Below are positions 47,430 to 57,723 of a stretch of 64,000 nucleotides of DNA, piece after piece. The position numbers and the translations under genes are program-made. The stretch's first letter is position 1; every line of letters begins with the position of its first letter. Under the pieces are notes generated by a model that did not search any database, was not told the origin of the DNA, and saw only the letters and a list, made by a program, of their open reading frames with translations. Source of the stretch: an uncultured Actinomycetes bacterium (GTDB taxonomy: Bacteria > Actinomycetota > UBA4738 > JBBDTT01); assembly GCA_963742735.1 (NCBI GenBank), contig CAVUMN010000003.1:256001-320000 (forward strand). The letters run 5' to 3'.

Positions 47430-48266
47430 ATGCCGAGGACGATGTGGAAGGGCGCGATCTCCTTCGGGCTCGTCTCGATCCCGGTCAAGATGTACCCGGC
47501 CACCGAGGAGAAGTCCCTGTCCTTCAACCAGCTGCACGACGAGGACCACGGCCGGATCCGCTACAAGCGCGTGTGCGAGAAGGACGGCGAGGAGGTCTCC
47601 TTCGAGCACATCGTGAAGGGCTACGAGGTCGAGAAGGGCACCTACGTGGTGCTCGAGGACGAGGACCTCGACAAGGTTCCCGTGGAGTCCACCCGCGCCA
47701 TCGACATCCTGCAGTTCGTCGACATCGACGAGATCGACCCCATCTACTACAAGAAGACGTACTACCTGATCCCCGAGGAGACCGGCGTGAAGCCGTACGC
47801 GCTGCTGCGGGAGGCGCTCGGCGAGAACGGCAAGGTCGGCGTGGCCAAGGTGGCCTTCCGCGAGAAGGAGCACCTGTGCGCGCTCCGGATCAAGGACAAA
47901 GCCTTCGTCCTGGAGACGATGTACTGGCCCGACGAGATCCGCCCCGCGGAGTTCGAGGAGCTCGACAAGGCCCCGAAGGTCCGCGACCAGGAGCTGAAGA
48001 TGGCCCAGAGCCTCATCGATTCCCTCACCGACGAGTGGCACCCCGAGGAGTACAAGGACGAGTACCGGGAGGCCCTGCTGGACATCGTCGAGAAGAAGGT
48101 CGCCGGCGAGGAGATCGAAGTCGTCGAGGAGGCCGAGCCCACCAAGGTCGCCGACCTCATGGAGGCCCTCAAGGCGAGCGTCGAGGCCGCCAGGGCGGGC
48201 AAGAAGCAGGCGCCCCGCAAGGCGAAGAAGCCGGCCGCGAAGCGCGCGGCCAAGAAGGCCTCCTAG
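47430..48266 (+). CDS. ku: Ku protein (NHEJ)
   Basis: MWKGAISFGLVSIPVK, RIRYKRV, IVKGYE, DLMEALKAS, basic C-terminal tail; AGGAGG SD. Confidence 0.97.
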   Translation: MPRTMWKGAISFGLVSIPVKMYPATEEKSLSFNQLHDEDHGRIRYKRVCEKDGEEVSFEHIVKGYEVEKGTYVVLEDEDLDKVPVESTRAIDILQFVDIDEIDPIYYKKTYYLIPEETGVKPYALLREALGENGKVGVAKVAFREKEHLCALRIKDKAFVLETMYWPDEIRPAEFEELDKAPKVRDQELKMAQSLIDSLTDEWHPEEYKDEYREALLDIVEKKVAGEEIEVVEEAEPTKVADLMEALKASVEAARAGKKQAPRKAKKPAAKRAAKKAS

Positions 48267-48285
48267 CGGGCCCGGTCGCGCGCCG

Positions 48286-48951
48286 ATGGAGCTGCCCGTC
48301 GTCCGGCTCGGTCCGCGCGATCCGTTTCCGCTCGCGTCGCTGTACCTCGTGGAGCACCGCGGGATCCTCAGCCTGGTCGACACCGGCACGCGGGGCACCG
48401 GCGCCCGGGTGCTCAAGGCGATCGAGAAGCTCGGACGCAAGCCCGAGGACCTGCGCCAGATCGTCCTGTCCCACGCGCACGGCGACCACTCGGGAGACGC
48501 CAAGTCCATCCGTGACGCCACCGGCGCGACGATCGTGGTCGGCGAGCGAGACGCACCGGTGATGACCGGCGACGCGCCGTACCCCTACCCGCGGTTGGGG
48601 ATGCAGGTGCTCTACGGTCACCTGGCCAAGTTCGAGCGGTTCCGGCCCGACGTGCTGATCTCCGACCGGACCGAGCTGGAGGGCGGTCTGGTCGCGATCC
48701 CCGCGCCCGGACACACCGACGGCCACATCGCGGTGTGGGCGCCGGATCACCAGGCGCTCTTCGTCGCCGACGCCGTGTGGCACCTCGGGCCGCTCGCGAG
48801 GTCGTGGAAACCCTTCACCTCGGACCCTGAAGCCAACGCCGATACCGTTCGCCGCCTCGCGGACGAGCCGGCGGAGCAGCTGTTCTTCGGCCACGGCCCC
48901 GCCGTCCGCAGGAACGGCCGCGACCGTCTCCGCAAGCTCGGCCGGCCGTAA
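48286..48951 (+). CDS. MBL-fold metallo-hydrolase
   Basis: LVDTG, SHAHGDHSG, PGHTDGH, FGHG. Confidence 0.9.
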   Translation: MELPVVRLGPRDPFPLASLYLVEHRGILSLVDTGTRGTGARVLKAIEKLGRKPEDLRQIVLSHAHGDHSGDAKSIRDATGATIVVGERDAPVMTGDAPYPYPRLGMQVLYGHLAKFERFRPDVLISDRTELEGGLVAIPAPGHTDGHIAVWAPDHQALFVADAVWHLGPLARSWKPFTSDPEANADTVRRLADEPAEQLFFGHGPAVRRNGRDRLRKLGRP

Positions 48952-48985
48952 CGACCGGACCCGCATCGCGGATATCCTGCGGCTC

Positions 48986-50065
48986 GTGACCGAACCCTGG
49001 CAGGAACCCGTTCGGGGCGGGTATCCGAACCCGGTCCTGTTCGGTCTGTCCGGCGAGGAGCAGCTCAAGGGGTTCTTCAAGGGATGGGGGCCGCGTCCGC
49101 CCATCTCGCACCTGATGGGACACATCCTCACCGACGTCTCCCGCGGGCTGGTCACCTTCACCCAGCAGACCTCCCCGTGGCTGCAAGTCCCGGCGGGACA
49201 CATCTCCCTCGGGACGCTCGCGGCCCTCGCCGACGCCCCGCTGGGGTGCGCCGTCCAGTCGGGACTCCCCGCGTTCACCGCGTACACGACCGCCGAGCTT
49301 TCGATGAACTACGTGCGCCCTCCGGCGGTCGACGGCGAGGACCTGGTGGCGACGGGGAGCCTGATCCACGGCGGCCGGTCGCTCGCCCTGTCGGACGTCG
49401 TCATCCAGGACTCCGCCGGCAAGCTGATCGCCCACGGCACGTCGCGCTGCGTCGTGTTCGATCCGATGGGTCCGCCGCCGGACGAACCGCCGGTCGTCGA
49501 GCCGGTCGAAGAGGTCGCCCACGACACGCCCGATCCGTACGAACGCCGGCCGGCGCAGGGATTCGTCGTGCCCCAGGAGATGTGGGACGAGCACACGGGA
49601 CTCGAGATCCTGCGGATGATGATCGCCGGGGAGATCGACGGGCCGCCGATCAGCGCGTTGACGGGGATGCGGGTGACCGAGGCCGGCGACGGCACGTGCA
49701 CGTTCACCATGCCCGCCCACGAGCACCTGTGCAGCCCCCTCAGGACCATCCAGGGCGGGTCGATCGGGATGCTGGCCGACCACACCATGGTGTGCGCGGT
49801 GCAGACGACGGGGGCGGCCCGCACCGTCTACTTCCCGGTGGACCTGAAGATCAACTTCCTCCGGCCCGTGTTCCCCGACGGGGGCCTCCTCACGGCGCGA
49901 GCCAAGGTCCTGCACCGCGGCAAGAGCGTGGCCGTCGCCCAGTGCGAGGTCGCGAACGCCGAGGGCAAGCGGGTCGCGCTCGGGCTGGCCACCGTCCTGG
50001 TCCGAACCGACGCCCCGTGGCATCCGGTCGACGAGCGCCTCCAGGGGGAGCTCGCGCCGGGATGA
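48986..50065 (+). CDS. Double hot-dog PaaI-family thioesterase
   Basis: Two PaaI domains (LADAPLG / QGG..GMLAD...DLKINFLRP...HRGK). Confidence 0.85.
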   Translation: MTEPWQEPVRGGYPNPVLFGLSGEEQLKGFFKGWGPRPPISHLMGHILTDVSRGLVTFTQQTSPWLQVPAGHISLGTLAALADAPLGCAVQSGLPAFTAYTTAELSMNYVRPPAVDGEDLVATGSLIHGGRSLALSDVVIQDSAGKLIAHGTSRCVVFDPMGPPPDEPPVVEPVEEVAHDTPDPYERRPAQGFVVPQEMWDEHTGLEILRMMIAGEIDGPPISALTGMRVTEAGDGTCTFTMPAHEHLCSPLRTIQGGSIGMLADHTMVCAVQTTGAARTVYFPVDLKINFLRPVFPDGGLLTARAKVLHRGKSVAVAQCEVANAEGKRVALGLATVLVRTDAPWHPVDERLQGELAPG

Positions 50066-51141
50066 TCCCCGAGGAGCCCGTCCGCGGCGCCTACCCCGAG
50101 CTCGAGCTCTTGGGGCTCAAGGGGTACGAGCAGATGGAGGTCTGGCTCGCCCGCAAGGGGCCCATCGCCCCGATCGGGCGGCTGGTGGGCGGGGAGATGG
50201 AGGAGTTCAACTTCGAGTCGGCCTCGTTCGTCATGCCGGCGTCGCCGTGGCTCCAGACCGCGGCGGGACCATTCCCGGGTGCCGCGGCGTTGCTGGTGGG
50301 CGACGTGGCGATGGGCTCGAGCGTCCTGGTGGCGATGCCGCCGGCGACGATCTTCGCGACGGCCCAGATCGCGATCAGCTTCGTCCGCCCCGCCACCGTC
50401 GAGAGCGTGGTGCTCCGGGCGCACAGCACGAAGATCCACGTCTCTCCGGCCCTCGCGCTGTCCGATCTCGTCGTCGAGGACTCCGCCGGCCGGCTGCTCG
50501 CGCACGGCTCGTCCCGCCAGGTGGTCTTCCCGCCGTTCGAGCCGGCCCCCACGCCCCTCGGGGAATGGCCTCCCACGCCGCCGAGCGAGCACGACACGCC
50601 CGACCCGTATCTACGGCCGGTCGAGGGCGAGGTCTGGCCCCAGGAGGCGTTCGACCGGCTGAGCGGGCTCGAGCAGATCCGCGCCTACATGTCCGGCGAG
50701 CTGCCGCCCTCGCCGATCGGCATCCTGACGGGCTGGGAAACCCTCCACGTCGAGGAGGGTCTGGTGCGGTGCTCGATCCCGGCCAGCGAGTGGTTCGCGT
50801 CGGCGTCCCGGAACGTCTACGGGGGTCTGCTGGCGGTCTTCGCCGACGGGACCCTGGTGAACGCCGTGGCCTCGACCATGCCCGCCGGTGCGAGCCTCGC
50901 CACCCTCGACCTGTCGATCAACTTCCTTCGGCCGGTCTTCCCCGACGGACGGCCCCTCCTCGCCGAGGCCCGCGTCGTGCACCGGGGAAAGAACATCGCC
51001 GTCGCGGACGTGCGCATCGACAACGCGGACGGCAAGACCGTCGTCCTGGCCAAGGAGACGGTCCTGGTGCTCGAGGGGCGTCCGTGGTCCGAGATCGTTC
51101 ACGCCCCCGCGGAGCTCCGCGCCCAGGACGCGAACGAGTGA
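50062..51141 (+). CDS. Double hot-dog PaaI-family thioesterase (tandem paralog)
   Basis: Collinear with the upstream gene (EPVRG.YP, SPWLQ, HDTPDPY, INFLRPVFPDG); ATGA overlap. Confidence 0.85.
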   Translation: MIPEEPVRGAYPELELLGLKGYEQMEVWLARKGPIAPIGRLVGGEMEEFNFESASFVMPASPWLQTAAGPFPGAAALLVGDVAMGSSVLVAMPPATIFATAQIAISFVRPATVESVVLRAHSTKIHVSPALALSDLVVEDSAGRLLAHGSSRQVVFPPFEPAPTPLGEWPPTPPSEHDTPDPYLRPVEGEVWPQEAFDRLSGLEQIRAYMSGELPPSPIGILTGWETLHVEEGLVRCSIPASEWFASASRNVYGGLLAVFADGTLVNAVASTMPAGASLATLDLSINFLRPVFPDGRPLLAEARVVHRGKNIAVADVRIDNADGKTVVLAKETVLVLEGRPWSEIVHAPAELRAQDANE

Positions 51142-51974
51142 CCGAACGCCGCATCGAGGCCAACGGCCTGACGTTCCGGGTGCTCGAGGAGGGCGATCCC
51201 GCCGCGCCCCCGGTCCTGCTGCTCCACGGCTTCCCCGACGACGCCGAGATGTGGCGCCATCAGGTCCCCGCGCTCGTGGAGGCCGGGTACCGAACGATCG
51301 CTCCGGACCTGCGCGGCTTCGGGCAGAGCGACCGGCCGGACGACGTCGAGGCGTACGCCCTCCCCGCCCTGCTGGAGGACGTCCGGGGCTGGCTGGACGT
51401 CCTGGGGATCGACCGGGTCCGCCTGATCGTGCACGACTGGGGCGCGGTCGTCGGGTGGATCTTCGCCGCCGCCCACCCCGAGCGGGTCGAGCGGATGGCC
51501 GCGTTCTCGGTGGGCTACCAGCGGCGCCGGCCATCCGTCGAGGAGGCGGAGAAGTACTGGTACATCTTCCTGTTCCAGCTCCGCGGTTACGCCGAGCACG
51601 CGCTGTCCCGCCACGACTGGAAGCTCATGCGCGAGTGGCTCCGCGAGGGCCGCCCCGGCGAGTCTCCCGACCTGCGCCGCAGCCTGGAGTCGCTCGCCCG
51701 CCCGGGCGCGCTGACGGCCGGGCTCTCGTACTACCGGGCGATCGCCCAGCCCGAGGTGTTCATGGAGGACGAGATCCCCGTTCCGCCGGTCGAGTGCTCC
51801 GTCCTGGCGATGTGGGGGGAGCACGACCTGCTGCCCGAGTCGCGCATGACCGTGTCGCGGGAGAACGTGACCGGCCCGTGGCGCTACGAGCGCCTGGACG
51901 GCCTCGGCCACTGGATGATGCTCGAGGACCCCGCCCGCGTGAACGCGCTGCTCCTGGATTTCCTGGCGGGCTGA
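51138..51974 (+). CDS. Alpha/beta hydrolase (epoxide hydrolase-like)
   Basis: LLHGFP, APDLRGFG.S, HDWGA nucleophile, YYRA, GHW. Confidence 0.9.
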   Translation: MTERRIEANGLTFRVLEEGDPAAPPVLLLHGFPDDAEMWRHQVPALVEAGYRTIAPDLRGFGQSDRPDDVEAYALPALLEDVRGWLDVLGIDRVRLIVHDWGAVVGWIFAAAHPERVERMAAFSVGYQRRRPSVEEAEKYWYIFLFQLRGYAEHALSRHDWKLMREWLREGRPGESPDLRRSLESLARPGALTAGLSYYRAIAQPEVFMEDEIPVPPVECSVLAMWGEHDLLPESRMTVSRENVTGPWRYERLDGLGHWMMLEDPARVNALLLDFLAG

Positions 51975-51980
51975 CGGGCG

Positions 51981-52018
51981 TTTACGCAGGCGTAACACAT
52001 CGGAAATTCCACCGAAAC
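51981..52018 (+). promoter_or_regulatory. GlnR-box array upstream of amt-glnK-glnD
   Basis: TTTAC-n6-GTAAC-n6-GAAAT-n6-GAAAC, four half-sites at 11-bp period matching gTnAc-n6-GaAAc. Confidence 0.75.
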
Positions 52019-52060
52019 CTCCGCCCGTCAGCATGCGTGCATCGAGAAGGGGGAGGTGTG

Positions 52061-53742
<1,682 letters not shown>

Positions 53743-53758
53743 GTCGGAGAGCGAGACG

Positions 53759-53822
53759 GCAGCGGGCGGGCGTGGAGGCTCGCCCGCTGCGCGTCTGATC
53801 GAGAGCCTTCGGGCTCTCGATC
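53759..53822 (+). other. Two tandem stable hairpins at the glnK-glnD junction
   Basis: GCAGCGGGCGGGC-gtggag-GCTCGCCCGCTGC (53759-53790) and GATCGAGAGCC-TTCG-GGCTCTCGATC (53797-53822). Confidence 0.65.
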
Positions 53823-56269
53823 GCGCGTACTCCCGCGGCCATCACGGCCGGTGGTCCGCCCGGCGGCGGGCCTCGCTCGTCGACGAGGCCGTCGTCGAGC
53901 TGTTCCGCGCCGCCCGTGAGGAGGACGGCCCGGAGATGGCCCTCGTCGCGATCGGGGGCTACGGGCGGGGCGAGCTCTGCCCGGCCAGCGACGTCGACCT
54001 GATGGTCCTGCACGGTGAGCGCCGGCCGGACCGGATCCGGGCGGTCGCCGAGCGGCTGTTCTACCCGCTGTGGGACACGGGGTTCGCTCTGGGCCACGCC
54101 GTCCGAAACGTCCGGGAGGCGGTGGCGGAGGCGCGCGCCGGGGTCGACACGGCGACCTCGCTCCTCGAGGCGCGGCTGCTGGCGGGCGGGGAGGGTCTGT
54201 TCGAGGACCTTCGGACGAAGCTCGCCGCCTGGGTGGGGCGCGACCCGGCGGGCTTCGTGACCCGGCTCCTGGCGGCCGACGCCGAGCGCCAGGCCAAGCA
54301 CGGCTCGGCCGCGCACCTGATGGAGCCCGACGTGAAGGAGTCCGCCGGCGGCCTGCGAGACGTCCACTCGGTCGGCTGGGCGGCGCGGGCCCTGGGGCTG
54401 CCGTCCCGCGACGCGCTGGAGGCCGAGGGGCTCATGCGCCGAACCGAGCGGATCGCGCTCGACGACGCCGAGGAGTTCCTGGTGCGGATCCGCAGCGCCC
54501 TGCACCTGGAGGCGGGCAAGCGGGCCGACCGGCTGATCCTGGACCATCAGCCGCGCCTGGCCGCCGAGTTCGGATTCGATGCTACGGCCGGGTTGGACGC
54601 GGCCGACGCGCTGATGCGCTCGCTGTTCGGGCACGCCCGCCACGTGGAGCACGTCCGGGCCGTCGCCTTCGAACGGGTGCTCGCGCGAGCGCGCGGGGCC
54701 GGGCCGGCGGCCTCCACGGGCTGGGCGGGTCGCGCGGACCCCGAGGGCGTGATGGAGGCGTTCGCCGCGTGGGCCGGCGGCGGCCCCCCGCCGTCGGCCG
54801 AGGCCCTCGACGAGCTCGAGCAGCGGCCGTTCGACCCACCCGACCGCTGGAGCGAGCGCACCCTCCGTGCGTTCCTGACGATCCTGCGGGCGGGCGACGC
54901 CGGTGCCCATGCGCTGGAGACGATGGATCGGATCGAGGTCCTGGCGCGCTTCGTGCCGGAGTGGGCGGACGTGCGATGCCGCCCGCAGCGCGACCCGTTC
55001 CACACGTTCACCGTGGACGTCCACCTGATCCGGGCGACCTCTGAGGCCGCCCGCCTGCTCGGCGGGACGACCGGTGACGCCGTCGCTCGCGAGGCCGCCG
55101 CGATCGTCCCCGCCGACCTGCTGCTCCTCGGGGCCTTCCTGCACGACGCAGGGAAGGTTGGCCTCGGCGAGCACGTCTCGACGGGGGTGCAGGTCGCGAA
55201 GCGGGTGCTGCGCCGGATGGGGGTGGAGGGGGACGCGGCGACGACGGTCCGGTTCCTGGTGCACAACCACCTGCTGCTCGCCGACACCGCCACCCGGCGG
55301 GACCTCTCCGACCCGGAGCTCGTCCGCGAGGTCGCCGCGAAGGTGGGCAACGCGGAGCGCCTCGCCCTCCTCTACCTGCTGACCCTGGCCGACGCCAACG
55401 CCACCGGCCCGCACGCCCGCACGCCGTGGCGGCTCGGGCTGATCCGGGAGCTGGTGGCCAAGGTCGAGCGGGTCCTCGAGCACGGGGAGGCCGAGCCGGA
55501 CCACGCCGTCGCCGCCGCCCGGCAGCCCGATCTTCGAGCGGCCCTGGAGGCCGAGGATCCCGACGCCGTGCGGCGCTTCCTGGAGCGGATGCCCGATCGC
55601 TATCTCGCCTCGATCGAGCCCGGCCTGGCGGCCGAGCACCTCCGGCTGGCCGAGCCCGATCCGCAGGCGAACGAGATCCGTACGGCCGTGGGACTCGGCG
55701 CCGGCCGGGGGACGTACCGCCTGGCGGTGGTGGCCCAGGACCGGCCGGGTCTGCTCTCGCTGATCGCGGGCGCCCTCGCCCTGTCGGGGCTGTCGATCCT
55801 CGCCGCCCAGGCCTTCACCACCGACGACGGCCTGGCCCTGGACCTGTTCGAGGTGGAGCCCGCCTTCCACGGCGAGGTCGACGAGGAGCGGTGGCGACGG
55901 TTCCGCTCCGACCTCCGCCATGCCCTCGAGGGCCGGCTGTCCCTGGATACCCGGGTCCGGGAGAAGCAGCGGCACTACCCACCGGCGCGCGCCGACCTCG
56001 AGACCCGTGTCCGTGTCGACAACGAGGCGTCGGCGGGGTTCACCGTCGTCGAGGTGTTCGCCCCCGACCGCGTCGGCCTGCTGTTCCAGGTCACCGACGC
56101 CCTGCACGACCTGGGGCTGGACGTGCACCTGGCCAAAGTGGCGACGTACGGCGCCCGGGTCGTGGACGCCTTCTACGTCCGCGACCTCGAGGGCCGAAAG
56201 CTCGAGGCGCCGGAGCTCGCCGAGGCGGTGCGGGCGGACGTGGAGGCCCGCCTCGTCCACGCGGACTGA
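53795..56269 (+). CDS. glnD: P-II uridylyl/adenylyltransferase GlnD (start uncertain; first ATG at 53936)
   Basis: AIGGYGRGEL.P.SDVDL, YPLWD, EPDVKES.GGLRD, FHTFTVD.H, LHD.GK (HD), two ACT domains (DRPGL, DRVGLL, VDAFYV). Confidence 0.93.
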   Translation: MIESLRALDRAYSRGHHGRWSARRRASLVDEAVVELFRAAREEDGPEMALVAIGGYGRGELCPASDVDLMVLHGERRPDRIRAVAERLFYPLWDTGFALGHAVRNVREAVAEARAGVDTATSLLEARLLAGGEGLFEDLRTKLAAWVGRDPAGFVTRLLAADAERQAKHGSAAHLMEPDVKESAGGLRDVHSVGWAARALGLPSRDALEAEGLMRRTERIALDDAEEFLVRIRSALHLEAGKRADRLILDHQPRLAAEFGFDATAGLDAADALMRSLFGHARHVEHVRAVAFERVLARARGAGPAASTGWAGRADPEGVMEAFAAWAGGGPPPSAEALDELEQRPFDPPDRWSERTLRAFLTILRAGDAGAHALETMDRIEVLARFVPEWADVRCRPQRDPFHTFTVDVHLIRATSEAARLLGGTTGDAVAREAAAIVPADLLLLGAFLHDAGKVGLGEHVSTGVQVAKRVLRRMGVEGDAATTVRFLVHNHLLLADTATRRDLSDPELVREVAAKVGNAERLALLYLLTLADANATGPHARTPWRLGLIRELVAKVERVLEHGEAEPDHAVAAARQPDLRAALEAEDPDAVRRFLERMPDRYLASIEPGLAAEHLRLAEPDPQANEIRTAVGLGAGRGTYRLAVVAQDRPGLLSLIAGALALSGLSILAAQAFTTDDGLALDLFEVEPAFHGEVDEERWRRFRSDLRHALEGRLSLDTRVREKQRHYPPARADLETRVRVDNEASAGFTVVEVFAPDRVGLLFQVTDALHDLGLDVHLAKVATYGARVVDAFYVRDLEGRKLEAPELAEAVRADVEARLVHAD

Positions 56270-56275
56270 GCCGGA

Positions 56276-56965
56276 TCAGCGAAGGAGCTCGAGCAGGGAG
56301 GCGGCCCACGCGGGCCCCTCGTCCCCCTGCTCGTGCTTGAAGAACGCGAACACGTCGCCGGCCCCGAGCGCAGGCCGCAGCCGTTCCGCCCACGCCGCCA
56401 ACCGGGCGGCGTCGTAGTCCGCACGTCGCAGGCGGACGTACGTGAACGCCCCGTCGGGAAGCTCGTCCACCTCTGCGTCCTCGGTCTCGGTGACCACCCA
56501 GGCCCCGCGCTCGGTGACGATCGGCCGGGCCTCCTCCCACGACGGATGCCGGAACTCGAAGGCCGGGCGCAGCCACGCCGGGAGCCGATCCAGGAAACGT
56601 TTCAAACGGTCCAGGTCGAGCGCGAACCTGGGCGCGCACTGGAACAGAATGCACCCGATCCGGTCCTCCAGCGGCCGAAGCGGGGCGAGGAACGACTCCA
56701 GTGCGTCCTCCGGTGGGTCCAGCGGCCAGTAGTGCGTGATCCGCATGTGGGCCTTGATCGCGAACCCGAACGCCTCCGGGGTCGCCGCCCGCCACGACTC
56801 GATGGTCGCCGGCGAGGGCTCGCGGCGGAACGTGTAGTTGATCTCGACGCTCGGAAGCCGCTCGGCGTAGAAGGCGAGCATCCGCTTCGAGGGGAGGTCC
56901 GGTGGGTAGAAGGCGCCCTTCCACTGCGGATAGGCGAACCCCGAGGTGCCCACGTAGGCCGTCAC
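56276..56965 (-). CDS. DUF72 domain protein
   Basis: VGTSGFAYPQW.G.FYP, VEINYTF, KAH.RITH, FEFRHPSW, YVRLR, FFKH. Confidence 0.92.
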   Translation of the reverse strand: MTAYVGTSGFAYPQWKGAFYPPDLPSKRMLAFYAERLPSVEINYTFRREPSPATIESWRAATPEAFGFAIKAHMRITHYWPLDPPEDALESFLAPLRPLEDRIGCILFQCAPRFALDLDRLKRFLDRLPAWLRPAFEFRHPSWEEARPIVTERGAWVVTETEDAEVDELPDGAFTYVRLRRADYDAARLAAWAERLRPALGAGDVFAFFKHEQGDEGPAWAASLLELLR

Positions 56966-57003
56966 GCTCCGGCGATTCTGGCACCTCGGGGATAATCCCC
57001 TCC

Positions 57004-57660
57004 ATGGCCGAACCGATAACGATCGAGACGCCCAGGGGTCCCGTGAGCGGGGCCCTGCACCTTCCGACCGGTGTCCGGGCCGTCGCGGTCGTCGCCCACG
57101 GCGCCGGCGTAGCGATGGACGCCCCCCTCCTCGTCGCGTTCGCGGAGGGTCTGGAGGACTCCGGGATGGCGGCGCTGCGGTTCAACTTCCGGTACACGGA
57201 GGAGGGCCGCAAGGCCCCCGACCCGGAGGCGTCGCTCCGGGAGGTCTACCAGGCCGCGTACGAGGCGGCGGTCGAGCGAGTGCCCGGCAAGCCGGTCTAC
57301 GCGTGCGGCAAGTCCATGGGCGGGCGGATCGGCTCGATGGTCGTGGCCGACGGCGCGATCGAGACCGAGGGCCTGGTGTTCATCGGGTATCCGCTGCATC
57401 CACCGGGCAAGCCGGAGCGCCTGCGCAAGGACCACCTCACGAAGATCAGCGCCCGGATGCTCTTCCTCCAGGGCTCGCGGGACCCGTTCGCTCGCAAGGA
57501 GGTGCTGGACCCGCTCATCGAGGAGCTCAAGCCCTGGGCGCGTTTGCACCTGGTGGAGGGCGGGGACCACTCCTGTGTCGTGAAGGGGGTGTCCCAGGAG
57601 GAGACGGGGCACCTCCTCGGCGGACGCGCCGCCCGATTCATCCAGGCCGCCGACCGCTGA
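57004..57660 (+). CDS. Alpha/beta hydrolase family protein
   Basis: AHGAG..MD, RFNF.Y, GKSMGGR, GYPLHPPGK, QGSRDPF, GGDHS. Confidence 0.9.
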   Translation: MAEPITIETPRGPVSGALHLPTGVRAVAVVAHGAGVAMDAPLLVAFAEGLEDSGMAALRFNFRYTEEGRKAPDPEASLREVYQAAYEAAVERVPGKPVYACGKSMGGRIGSMVVADGAIETEGLVFIGYPLHPPGKPERLRKDHLTKISARMLFLQGSRDPFARKEVLDPLIEELKPWARLHLVEGGDHSCVVKGVSQEETGHLLGGRAARFIQAADR

Positions 57661-57723
57661 ACGAGGCCGCCCGCAGGACCCAGACGAAGGGAACCGCCCG
57701 TCGCCCGGCGAACTCAATCCGCC

